Positions 1 to 12,884 of a stretch of 64,000 nt of DNA are shown in pieces. The stretch is from NCBI GenBank assembly GCA_017308575.1, contig JAFKEQ010000002.1, forward strand, positions 186,832-250,831. Reading direction: 5' to 3'. The number at the start of each line of letters is the position of its first letter. Within the stretch, counting starts at the first letter, position 1. Below the pieces are notes generated by a model that saw only the letters and a program-made list of their open reading frames with translations, did no database searches and was not told where the DNA came from. The position numbers and the translations under genes were made by a program. Origin of the DNA: Afipia sp. (GTDB lineage Bacteria > Pseudomonadota > Alphaproteobacteria > Rhizobiales > Xanthobacteraceae).

Positions 1-1140
1 GTCGCCGGCGTGTCCGAGCAAGAGAACGAACAGATCGGCAGGCTTAGCGATTCAATCACGGCCGCGCTTGAGAAGAACGAGGCGGTCGCGCCGGTGCGGC
101 TGGCGGTGCTGGCAAGCTATCTGCCGCTGCACACGCTCAAGAGCGCGGACCGTCTGGCCGGGCAGGAGGGTTTGGCACCGTTGCGCGCGCTGATCGCGCA
201 GCAGGTCGTCAATCCCCGCGGCGAAGATGCCATTCGCCCGACGATCGAACATCTGACGGCGATCGAGGACGACGTGTCGCAGAAGGTTCGCCAGCAGTAC
301 GAGGAAAATCCGTATCCGCGCTGGACGCGGCTCGCCGCCGATACGCAGGCGCTGCCGCTCGATCATTACATGCGGGCTCGCCTGCCGGGCGCGCCTTACA
401 AAGCCATGGGCAAGGGCGCGCCGGAGGTTCTGGTCGCGGGATGCGGCACCGGGCAGCATGCGATCCAGCGCGCATTGCAGTTCGCGGGGGCCAATGTGCT
501 GGCCGTCGATCTCAGTCTGAACAGTTTGAGCTACGCGGTCCGCAAGACCAGAGAACTCGGCCTCACAAATCTCAGTTACGCGCAGGCCGACATCCTGGCG
601 CTGCCCGCCGACAGGATGTTCGATGTGGTGGATTCCAGCGGCGTGCTGCATCATTTGAAAAATCCGCTCGATGGCTGGCGCAAGCTTTCCGGCCTGGTGA
701 AGCCGGGCGGCCTGATGCATATCGGGCTTTACAGCGCGCTTGCGCGTCAGGACATCAATGCCGCGCGCACTGCGCTGAAAGCGCAGGGACGTGACTATTC
801 GGCCGCGGATGTTCGCCATCTGCGCGCGGACATCGCCGGCCGGGCCGCGGGCGATCCGATGCACAACATCACGCGCTTCAGCGATTTCTTCAGCTTGAGC
901 GAATGCCGCGACCTGCTGTTCCATGTGCAGGAGCACCAGTTCACCATTCCGCAGATCGCGGCGTTCCTCGCCGAGAACGGCTTCACCTTTCTCGGGTTTG
1001 AGACTCCGGCGCGCGCGAATTATCTGCGCCGTTTCCCGCAGGACAAGGCCGCCACCAATCTCGAGAACTGGGCCGCGTTCGAAAAAGAAAATCCTGCAAC
1101 CTTTGCGCAGATGTATCAGTTCTGGATTCAAAAGAGCTGA
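1..1140 (+). CDS. class I SAM-dependent methyltransferase, 5' end cut by window edge
   Basis: Frame is open from nt 1 (ORF track lists 10..1140). SAM-binding glycine loop VLVAGCGTGQ, then VLAVDLS and VVDSSGVLHHL motifs. TGA at 1138-1140. Confidence 0.8.
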   Translation, partial: VAGVSEQENEQIGRLSDSITAALEKNEAVAPVRLAVLASYLPLHTLKSADRLAGQEGLAPLRALIAQQVVNPRGEDAIRPTIEHLTAIEDDVSQKVRQQYEENPYPRWTRLAADTQALPLDHYMRARLPGAPYKAMGKGAPEVLVAGCGTGQHAIQRALQFAGANVLAVDLSLNSLSYAVRKTRELGLTNLSYAQADILALPADRMFDVVDSSGVLHHLKNPLDGWRKLSGLVKPGGLMHIGLYSALARQDINAARTALKAQGRDYSAADVRHLRADIAGRAAGDPMHNITRFSDFFSLSECRDLLFHVQEHQFTIPQIAAFLAENGFTFLGFETPARANYLRRFPQDKAATNLENWAAFEKENPATFAQMYQFWIQKS

Positions 1141-1275
1141 GCCGCTTTGCGGAACCCGCGTTCACTTTCGCGGGTTCCCGGGGCCTTGCATGAAATCCCG
1201 GCAATTCCTCCTGCATCACGCCGGAACACGCGGCAGGGGAGACCGTTAGCTGTCGGTCTCAACTTCACAGGAGGA

Positions 1276-1668
1276 ATGACGATGAAACTTCGTAACGCAA
1301 TGATGGTTGCCGCCATTGCCCTGACGCCAGGTATCGCGCTTGCGCAGAGCGCCACGGTGGAAGGCGCACGCAATGGTGCTGCGGCGGGCCATGCGGTCGG
1401 TGGTCCGATCGGCGGCGCTGTCGGTGGCACCGTGGGCGCTGCGGTCGGCACCGCTGTCGATATTCCGGCGGCGGTCATTTCCTCGGTAACCGGCCTGCCC
1501 GGACCGTCGGTGGTGGTGCGTGAGCGGGTCGTTGTCGGCGAGCCTCTGCCCGACTACGTCGAATTGCGTCCGGTGCCGAGTCATACCGAATATCGCTATG
1601 CCGTCGTGAACGACCGCCGCGTGATCGTGGAGCCGCGCACCCGCCGCGTCATTCGCGTGATCGAGTAA
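1276..1668 (+). CDS. secreted Gly/Ala-rich protein with DUF1236-like C-terminus
   Basis: ATG at 1276 (or 1282) just after AGGAGG at 1269-1274. Signal peptide MKLRNAMMVAAIALTPGIALAQS. C-terminal YRYAVVNDRRVIVEPRTRRVIRVIE resembles DUF1236 proteins of Rhizobiales. The upstream part of ORF 1147..1668 has no coding support. Confidence 0.6.
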   Translation: MTMKLRNAMMVAAIALTPGIALAQSATVEGARNGAAAGHAVGGPIGGAVGGTVGAAVGTAVDIPAAVISSVTGLPGPSVVVRERVVVGEPLPDYVELRPVPSHTEYRYAVVNDRRVIVEPRTRRVIRVIE

Positions 1669-1690
1669 TCACGCAACAACATGGACACAC

Positions 1691-1717
1691 AAAGCCCCGC
1701 CGTCATGGCGGGGCTTT
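1691..1717. terminator. GC-rich hairpin between convergent genes (bidirectional terminator candidate)
   Basis: AAAGCCCCGCC-GTCAT-GGCGGGGCTTT, an 11-bp perfect stem. It lies between the stop of the 1276..1668 gene and the stop of ynfA (1730). Confidence 0.6.
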
Positions 1718-1729
1718 GCCATGCCGGGC

Positions 1730-2053
1730 TTACGCAGCACGCGGTCCGAACAGAATGACGGCCGCGCCGATCAGGCAAAGCGCGGTGCCGCCGATATCCC
1801 AGCGGTCGGGCCGCACGCCTTCGACCGTCCAGAGCCATGCCAGCGAGGCGACGATATAGACGCCGCCATAAGCTGCGAAGGCGCGGCCCGCCGCATCGCT
1901 CGGCACCAGCGTCAGAAGATAAGCGAACACCAGCAGCGACAGGGTGCCTGGCACGATCCACAGGATCGATTTGCCGAGCCGCAGCCACGCCCAGAAAGCA
2001 AAACAGCCCCCGATTTCCGCGAGGGCTGCTGCAATGTAGATGAGGAATGTCAT
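1730..2053 (-). CDS. ynfA: YnfA/UPF0060 family small membrane protein
   Basis: 107 aa with four hydrophobic helices. N-terminus [25 protein letters not shown] is typical of YnfA. Lies 7 nt downstream of the gltD stop on the same strand. Confidence 0.8.
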   Translation of the reverse strand: MTFLIYIAAALAEIGGCFAFWAWLRLGKSILWIVPGTLSLLVFAYLLTLVPSDAAGRAFAAYGGVYIVASLAWLWTVEGVRPDRWDIGGTALCLIGAAVILFGPRAA

Positions 2054-2060
2054 GTCGCGC

Positions 2061-3518
2061 TTACCGCGGCAGGTTGGTCGATCCCATCAGATGACGGTCG
2101 ATCGCGGCCGCGCACTGGCGGCCTTCGCGGATCGCCCAGACCACCAGCGACTGGCCGCGCCGCATGTCGCCGGAGGAGAACACCTTCGCCACCGAGGTCT
2201 GGTAGTCGTTGGTCGAAGCACGCACGTTGCCGCGCGGATCGAGTTCGACGCCGAGCTTCTTCAGGAGGCCCTCGTGCACCGGATGCACGAAGCCCATGGC
2301 CAGCAGCACGAGATCGGCCTTCAGTTCGAATTCGGTGCCGGGGATCGGCTGGAACTTGGCGTCGACCTGCACGCACTTGAGGCCGGTGACCTTGCCGTCC
2401 TTGCCTTCGAACTTCTGCGTCAGCACGGCGTATTCGCGCTTGGCGCCTTCGGCCTGGCTCGAGGACAGGCGCATCTTGAGCGGCCAGTTCGGCCAGGTCA
2501 GCGCCTTGTTCTCGCGCTCCGGCGGCGCGGGCATGATTTCAAGCTGGGTCACGGACTTGGCGCCCTGACGGATCGAGGTGCCGATGCAGTCGGAGCCGGT
2601 GTCGCCGCCGCCGATCACCACCACGTCCTTGCCGCCCGCGAGGATTTCGCGAATGTCGCCGAGCGGTTCGTTGCCGACGCGGCGGTTCTGCTGCGGCAGG
2701 AATTCCATCGCGAAGTGAATGCCATCGAGTTCGCGGCCCGGAATCGGCAGGTCGCGGGAGGCTTCCGCGCCGCCGGTCAGCGCCACGGCGTCGTAAACCT
2801 TCAGCAGGTCCTGCGGTTCGACCGCGCCTGCATGCGCGCCGCCGACCGGCGTGTTGTAGTGGAAGACGACGCCTTCGCCTTCCATCTGCTTGACGCGGCG
2901 GTCGATGATCCCCTTCTCCATCTTGAAGTCGGGAATGCCGTAGCGAAGCAGGCCGCCGGCCTTGGCGAACTTCTCGAACACATGGACTTCATGCCCGGCG
3001 CGCGCGAGCTGCTGCGCGGCGGCAAGGCCTGCAGGACCGGAGCCGACGACGGCGACCTTCTTGCCGGTCTTGTGCGCGGCGACTTCCGGCTTCAGCCAGC
3101 CGTTGTCCCATGCGCGGTCAACGATGGCGCATTCGATGGTCTTGATGGTGACCGGATTGTCGTCGATGTTCAGCGTGCACGAGGCTTCGCACGGCGCGGG
3201 GCAGATGCGGCCGGTGAATTCCGGGAAATTGTTGGTAGAGTGAAGAACGCGTGAGGCTTCTTCCCAGTCGCCCTTGTAGACGAGGTCGTTCCAGTCCGGG
3301 ATCTGGTTGTTGACCGGACAGCCGGGCGTGCCGGGCTGAACCGAGCCGGTGCCGTGGCAATAGGGAATGCCGCAGTTCATGCAGCGCGCGGCTTGGTCGC
3401 GCGTGTCTTTCTCGCTCAGCGGAACGACGAATTCCTTGAAATTCTTAATGCGCTCGGCAACCGGCTCGTACTTGCGGTCGTGACGCTCGATCTCAAGAAA
3501 ACCTGTAGGCTTACCCAT
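2061..3518 (-). CDS. gltD: glutamate synthase (NADPH) small subunit
   Basis: 485 aa. Fe-S cysteines CMNCGIPYC and CPAPCEASC. Dinucleotide fold [14 protein letters not shown] and [13 protein letters not shown]. Immediately downstream of gltB. Confidence 0.95.
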   Translation of the reverse strand: MGKPTGFLEIERHDRKYEPVAERIKNFKEFVVPLSEKDTRDQAARCMNCGIPYCHGTGSVQPGTPGCPVNNQIPDWNDLVYKGDWEEASRVLHSTNNFPEFTGRICPAPCEASCTLNIDDNPVTIKTIECAIVDRAWDNGWLKPEVAAHKTGKKVAVVGSGPAGLAAAQQLARAGHEVHVFEKFAKAGGLLRYGIPDFKMEKGIIDRRVKQMEGEGVVFHYNTPVGGAHAGAVEPQDLLKVYDAVALTGGAEASRDLPIPGRELDGIHFAMEFLPQQNRRVGNEPLGDIREILAGGKDVVVIGGGDTGSDCIGTSIRQGAKSVTQLEIMPAPPERENKALTWPNWPLKMRLSSSQAEGAKREYAVLTQKFEGKDGKVTGLKCVQVDAKFQPIPGTEFELKADLVLLAMGFVHPVHEGLLKKLGVELDPRGNVRASTNDYQTSVAKVFSSGDMRRGQSLVVWAIREGRQCAAAIDRHLMGSTNLPR

Positions 3519-3550
3519 GGTGACTCTGACGCCTCTGCATCCTGTTTCGT

Positions 3551-3655
3551 CGTCATCCTGAGGTGCGAGCCATATTCGGCGAGCCTCGAAGGATGAATGT
3601 TCTGCTCCGTCACCCTTCGAGGCCCTCGCTACGCTTGGGCGCCTCAGGGTGACGG
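3551..3655. repeat. family D nested-hairpin repeat, copy D1 (gltB-gltD spacer)
   Basis: CGTCATCCTGAGG (3551-3563) pairs with CCTCAGGGTGACG (3642-3654). CCTCGAAGGATGA (3584-3596) pairs with TCACCCTTCGAGG (3610-3622). Related copies at 25471..25594 and 47587..47748. Confidence 0.8.
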
Positions 3656-3664
3656 GACTTCTGT

Positions 3665-8383
<4,719 letters not shown>

Positions 8384-8862
8384 TCTCATCCTCACGCCTC
8401 TTTAGAGGCACTCTATTTTAGCCCATTTTGGCCGTAGCTTTGGCGTTTGCGGCACCCGTCGAAAAAATCCTTGAGGATCCTCGGGGCCACCGCTCGCCGT
8501 TACGAGCCTTGCTTGCGAAAGTGCAGTTCGCGCGCGCCGTTTCCGGCTGCCGAGCGGCCTGCAAATATTACCGGCGCCATCAACGCCATGCCGGGTTTGC
8601 CCGGAAATTGGGACAGTGATCCTGTCCTAACCCCCAGACTGCCAAACTTTTACCTATCACACAAGCGCGTGAGAGTCCCCGGTGGGATGCATCAACACGG
8701 TCATGTGGCTCCTGCGTCACGCCTCAGGATTGAGGCATTGCCGCCGTCATCCGGTCCTAGCTCCGCCGAAATCGGAATCGACCTTTGCCGCCAGACCCGC
8801 CCAAGCGGGCATCGTTGAAATCCCGGCGTGAGCTGCTCCGGGATCTGTAACGGGAGCGTTGG

Positions 8863-9726
8863 ATGATGAAGCTGTTTTCGGGGAAGCGATGGGCGTCCGC
8901 CGTCGCGTTTGGCGGTGTTCTGGCCGCCGGTCTTGCCGTGGCGCCGTCTGCCCGGGCCGCGGACGATCTGCCGGTGGTGGGCGATATCCACATTCCGATG
9001 CCGCGGGTGCTGGAGGACGACAGTCTTCCGCCTCCGCCGCGCTACGAACGCTCCGGGTATGATGGGCCTTATGCCGATCGGCCCTATCGGCCGGGACCTT
9101 ACGGTCAGGGTTCCTACGCAGCGATTCCGCCGTCCTATGGCCGCCCCGCGCCGGATGCCCGGCCGATGCTGCCGCCATCGCAGGTGATCGCCGTCCTGCG
9201 GTCCTCTGGCTATTCGCCGCTGGGCCGGATCACCCAGCGCGGCTGGATCTACACCGTCGCGGCCCTCGATCCGAACGGCGACGACGGACGGCTGATCATC
9301 GACGCCCGGACCGGCCGCATCATGCGGTTCGTTCCGGCGATGGAAGTCGATGCGACACTGAACGACCGCATGGCCAGGGCTTATGAATCCATGGCCTATG
9401 GCCCGCCCGTTCCGCCAGCGCCGGTCGGAGGACGGCCCGCTTATGATGTGCGGCCCGCTCCGTCGCCAAGGCCGCACGCCGCGGCGGCGCAGACCGCCAA
9501 GCGTCCCGCGCCCAAGATCGCCAGCCGGATGCCGCAGTCCGCGCCCGCCGCCGTTCCCGCGCGGCAGCCAGCAACGGCTTCGGCCGGGACAGCCGCGGAA
9601 AACAAGGCCGCAAGGGTCACGGTGGGCGCCGCATCCGCCTCGGCTGCGCCAGCGACACCGGCACCATCGTCCGACGTGAAGCTGTGGCCCACGCAAAAGA
9701 TGCCCGACGTGCAGCCGCTGGAGTGA
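8863..9726 (+). CDS. secreted proline-rich protein with PepSY-like core
   Basis: Signal peptide MMKLFSGKRWASAVAFGGVLAAGLAVAPSARA. The segment VIAVLRSSGYSPLGRITQRGWIYTVAALDPNGDDGRLIIDARTGRIMRF resembles a PepSY fold. Pro/Ala-rich tails. Confidence 0.6.
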   Translation: MMKLFSGKRWASAVAFGGVLAAGLAVAPSARAADDLPVVGDIHIPMPRVLEDDSLPPPPRYERSGYDGPYADRPYRPGPYGQGSYAAIPPSYGRPAPDARPMLPPSQVIAVLRSSGYSPLGRITQRGWIYTVAALDPNGDDGRLIIDARTGRIMRFVPAMEVDATLNDRMARAYESMAYGPPVPPAPVGGRPAYDVRPAPSPRPHAAAAQTAKRPAPKIASRMPQSAPAAVPARQPATASAGTAAENKAARVTVGAASASAAPATPAPSSDVKLWPTQKMPDVQPLE

Positions 9727-9757
9727 TGTTTCCGCTCTGATCCTGACAGCTTTTTCA

Positions 9758-9790
9758 AACAAAAAAACGCCCCGGGGCACCGGGGCGTTT
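9758..9790 (-). terminator. rho-independent terminator of the Hsp20 gene (hairpin also faces the + strand gene)
   Basis: AAACGCCCCGG-GGCA-CCGGGGCGTTT. On the minus strand the hairpin is followed by a T7 run (A-run 9761-9767 on plus). Confidence 0.7.
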
Positions 9791-9824
9791 GCAGTTGGGG
9801 AGGGAGGTAGAAGAGCCGATGGCC

Positions 9825-10289
9825 TCAGGCGGCGGCCTTGGTCTCGGTCACCTGCGGCGTGGAGGCCGACGTGGTGATCGGAATCTGGCGCGGCTTGGCG
9901 GCTTCCGGAATCTCGCGAACGAGATCGACGTGAAGCAGGCCGTTCTCGAGCGAGGCGTTCTTCACCTGCACGAAGTCGGCAAGCTGGAACTGGCGCTCAA
10001 AAGCGCGCGACGCGATGCCGCGATAGAGCACTTCGGAGGCCTGGCCGTTCTCGTTGGCGACTTTCTCGCCCTTGATCGTCAGGGTGTTTTCCTTGGCGAC
10101 GATCGAGATTTCATTCTGTGAGAAGCCGGAGACGGCGACCGAAATCCGGAAATTGTTCTCGCCGGTGCGCTCGATGTTGTAGGGCGGGTAGCCCGGCGCG
10201 CTTTCGCTGGCGCTCTGGTCGAGCAGCGAGAACAGACGGTCGAAACCGACGGTGGAACGATAGAAGGGGGTGAGATCGAAGCTACGCAT
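9825..10289 (-). CDS. Hsp20/alpha-crystallin family small heat-shock protein
   Basis: Internal ATG at 10289 with GGAGGA 6-12 nt upstream. MRSFDLTPFYRSTVGFDRLFSLLD plus the alpha-crystallin core PPYNIERTGENNFRISVAVSGF is IbpA/HspA-like. The longer ORF to 10424 reads through the leader. Confidence 0.9.
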   Translation of the reverse strand: MRSFDLTPFYRSTVGFDRLFSLLDQSASESAPGYPPYNIERTGENNFRISVAVSGFSQNEISIVAKENTLTIKGEKVANENGQASEVLYRGIASRAFERQFQLADFVQVKNASLENGLLHVDLVREIPEAAKPRQIPITTSASTPQVTETKAAA

Positions 10290-10420
10290 ATTTAGTCCTC
10301 CAAAATGAGCGACCAGCGCGTTTTCAGGCGGGACAGACGATCTTTCGCGGTGGCGGAGCCACCTCGCGAACTGTCTCGCATGCACAACGCGCCACTCTTC
10401 GCTGGGTTTGCCAAGAGCAG
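10290..10420 (-). ncRNA. ROSE-like RNA thermometer in the Hsp20 5' leader
   Basis: mRNA GGUCGCUC-AUUUUG-GAGGACU: the anti-SD pairs with the SD only if the central G is bulged. There is also an upstream GGUGGC-UCC-GCCACC hairpin (10349-10363). The 5' boundary is uncertain. Confidence 0.5.
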
Positions 10421-10481
10421 ACAACCCGCCATTGGGCCGGGTTTTCGTTCTGCGTGCAGCCTAGAGAGGCCTGCACGAAAC

Positions 10482-10510
10482 TGATATGGGAGGGTGGTTC
10501 GGACGTTCAA
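10482..10510 (-). promoter_or_regulatory. sigma70-like promoter candidate for the Hsp20 gene
   Basis: On the minus strand, TTGAAC (complement of 10505-10510), a 17-nt spacer, then ATATCA (complement of 10482-10487). Confidence 0.35.
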
Positions 10511-10577
10511 GAGGCTATCCAGCCCAACTTTTTTGTTCGCAATATCTCTTTCCCGCCCCGATTCCTGACCGGCTCCC

Positions 10578-11522
10578 ATGACGCTTGTTTCGATTCCCGC
10601 CAATCCGGTTCCTGACAACGTCGTCAGCGGCACCATCAAGACGCCGGACGGCGCGGAGCTGCGCTTCGCGCGCTGGCAGCCGCCCGCCGGGCGCAAGGGC
10701 ACGGTCTGCGTCTTCACCGGGCGCGGCGAATGCATCGAAAAATATTTCGAGACGGTGCGCGAACTGCGCGAGCGCGGCTTTGCGGTGGCGATGATCGACT
10801 GGCGCGGGCAGGGGCATTCCTCCCGGCAGTTGCGCGATCCGCGCAAGGGTTATGTGCGCCGGTTCTCTGACTACGAGGTCGATGTCGAAACCTTCGTGCA
10901 GCAGATCATGCTGCCGGATTGTCCGCCGCCCTACTACGCGCTGGCGCATTCGATGGGCGGCGCGGTGATGCTGCGTGTCGCCCATGCGGGCAAGCGCTGG
11001 TTCGACCGCATGGTGCTCTCCGCGCCGATGATCGATCTGCCGGGTTACGCCACCAAAACGCCGACCCGGATGCTGGTGCGCTCGCTGCGTTGGCTCGGCC
11101 TCGGCGGCAGCTATGTGCCCGGCGGCAGCAGCGCGCTGGTCGGCACCACGCCCTTCGTCAACAATCCGGTGACGTCCGATCCCGTGCGCTATGCGCGCAA
11201 CGCCGCGATCTATGAGGAAGCGCCGACCCTCGGCATCGCCTCGCCGACGATCGCCTGGGCCGACACGGCGTTCAAGGCGATGATGCAGTTTCGCGAGATG
11301 GATTATCCCTCGCGCATCCGCCAGCCGCTGCTGATGATGGCGGCGAGCAACGACACCGTGGTGTCGACGCCGGCGATCGAGGAATTCGCCTATCACCTGC
11401 GTGCCGGATCGCATCTGGTGATCGCGGGTTCGCGGCACGAAATCCTGCAGGAGCAGGATCGCTATCGCCAGCAGTTCTGGGCGGCATTCGACGCGTTCAT
11501 TCCCGGCACGCCGCTGTTCTAG
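10578..11522 (+). CDS. alpha/beta hydrolase, lysophospholipase-like
   Basis: 314 aa. Nucleophile elbow AHSMGG, then the late acidic and His residues (ASNDTVV, SRHEIL) expected for a catalytic triad. Confidence 0.85.
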   Translation: MTLVSIPANPVPDNVVSGTIKTPDGAELRFARWQPPAGRKGTVCVFTGRGECIEKYFETVRELRERGFAVAMIDWRGQGHSSRQLRDPRKGYVRRFSDYEVDVETFVQQIMLPDCPPPYYALAHSMGGAVMLRVAHAGKRWFDRMVLSAPMIDLPGYATKTPTRMLVRSLRWLGLGGSYVPGGSSALVGTTPFVNNPVTSDPVRYARNAAIYEEAPTLGIASPTIAWADTAFKAMMQFREMDYPSRIRQPLLMMAASNDTVVSTPAIEEFAYHLRAGSHLVIAGSRHEILQEQDRYRQQFWAAFDAFIPGTPLF

Positions 11523-11528
11523 CGCGGC

Positions 11529-12884
11529 CTACTTCGCAGCCGGTTGCGCCGACGCCTGAACCGCGCGGCCGACGCTGACGCTGAGCAGTCCCTGGCCCCA
11601 GATCCGGTGCGCCACGCGCTTCGCGGCGTCGAGCGTCACCGCATCGACGATGCCGTTGCGCTTTTCGATATAGTCGATGCCGAGATTGTCGAGCTGATAC
11701 TGCAGCAGCGCGGTGGCGAATTTCGGCGAGGTGTCGAGCGCCAGCATCTGCGAACCCTTGAGATAGGACTTCGCCTCGTCCAGCTCCTGCTGGGTCGGGC
11801 CGTCGTTGCCCATGCGCTGGAGTTCGGCGGTGATGGTCTGAAGCGTTTCGGTCGCCTTGTCGGCGCGGGTCGCGGTGGAGCCTGCGAAGATCGACGAGTG
11901 CTTCATCCAGATCAGCGATTCCGAGACCGAATAGACCAGCCCGCGCTTCTCGCGCACCTCGCGATAAAGCCGGGTCGAGAGCGTGCCGCCGCCGAGGATG
12001 TGGTTGACGATATAGGCCGCCATGAAGTCCGGATCGTTGCGCGCAATTGCAGGCGCACCGAAATTGATCGAGGTCTGCGGCACATCGAGCACGGTGAAGG
12101 AATGTTGCGGCAGCTTGCCGAAGACGGCATCCGGCACCGGGGTGAGATTCGCTTTCGCAGGCAGCGAACCGAAGGCGGTGTCGAGCAGCTTGCCGGCGGT
12201 CTCCGCATCGACGTCGCCGACCACGGCGACTTTCAGCGTGTCCTTCGCCAGCACGCGCTGCGCATAGTCTTTCAGATCGGCGGCCTGGATGACCGGCAGG
12301 CTTTCCACCGTTCCGTTCGGCGCGCGCGCATAGGGATGCGTGCCATAGGCCTGCTCCCAGAATTTGCGGCCCGCAACCGAGACCGGATTGGTGGTTTCGC
12401 GGCGCGCGTTGGAGATCATCTGCGCACGCACGCGCTCCAGCGGCTCGGAGTCGAACCGCGCGGATGTCAGCGCCAGCTTCAAGAGGCCGAATCCTTCGTC
12501 GCGATGCTCCTTGAGCATCTTCATCGAGCCGCGCAGATAGTCGCGCGTGGCCGAGAAGGTCATCTCGATGGCGCGGCGCTCCAGCCGTTCGTGGAAGGCC
12601 TTGGAATCCAGATCAGCCGCGCCTTCGTCCAGCGTGTTGGCGGTGAAGCTGCCGGTGCCGGGTTTGTCGGCGGTGTCCTGCGACGAGCCGCCGGCGAAGG
12701 CATATTCCATCGCGATCAGCGGCACGGTGGCGTCCTGAACCAGCCAGGCTTCAATGCCGCCCTTTGAGACCACGCGCTGGATTCTCGCGGCGGCCGATGC
12801 GGACGTGGACAGAAGCGAGAGCGCAGGCGCCGCGAGCGGCAGCGCGGCGGTGAGCTTGAGAAGACGGCGACGGGTGACGGTCAC
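11529..12884 (-). CDS. M16 family peptidase-like protein lacking the HxxEH motif
   Basis: GTG at 12884 overlaps the upstream TGA (GTGA). Twin-arginine-like signal TRRRLLKLTAALPLAAPA. Insulinase-fold similarity but no zinc motif. Confidence 0.85.
   Translation of the reverse strand: MTVTRRRLLKLTAALPLAAPALSLLSTSASAAARIQRVVSKGGIEAWLVQDATVPLIAMEYAFAGGSSQDTADKPGTGSFTANTLDEGAADLDSKAFHERLERRAIEMTFSATRDYLRGSMKMLKEHRDEGFGLLKLALTSARFDSEPLERVRAQMISNARRETTNPVSVAGRKFWEQAYGTHPYARAPNGTVESLPVIQAADLKDYAQRVLAKDTLKVAVVGDVDAETAGKLLDTAFGSLPAKANLTPVPDAVFGKLPQHSFTVLDVPQTSINFGAPAIARNDPDFMAAYIVNHILGGGTLSTRLYREVREKRGLVYSVSESLIWMKHSSIFAGSTATRADKATETLQTITAELQRMGNDGPTQQELDEAKSYLKGSQMLALDTSPKFATALLQYQLDNLGIDYIEKRNGIVDAVTLDAAKRVAHRIWGQGLLSVSVGRAVQASAQPAAK

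Noticed and set aside
10292-10846. 184-aa minus-strand ORF covering the Hsp20 leader/promoter and the 5' end of the hydrolase gene
   Set aside because: It overlaps the divergent promoter region and is antisense to the alpha/beta hydrolase CDS. It has no motif, and the region is better explained as the Hsp20 leader plus promoter.
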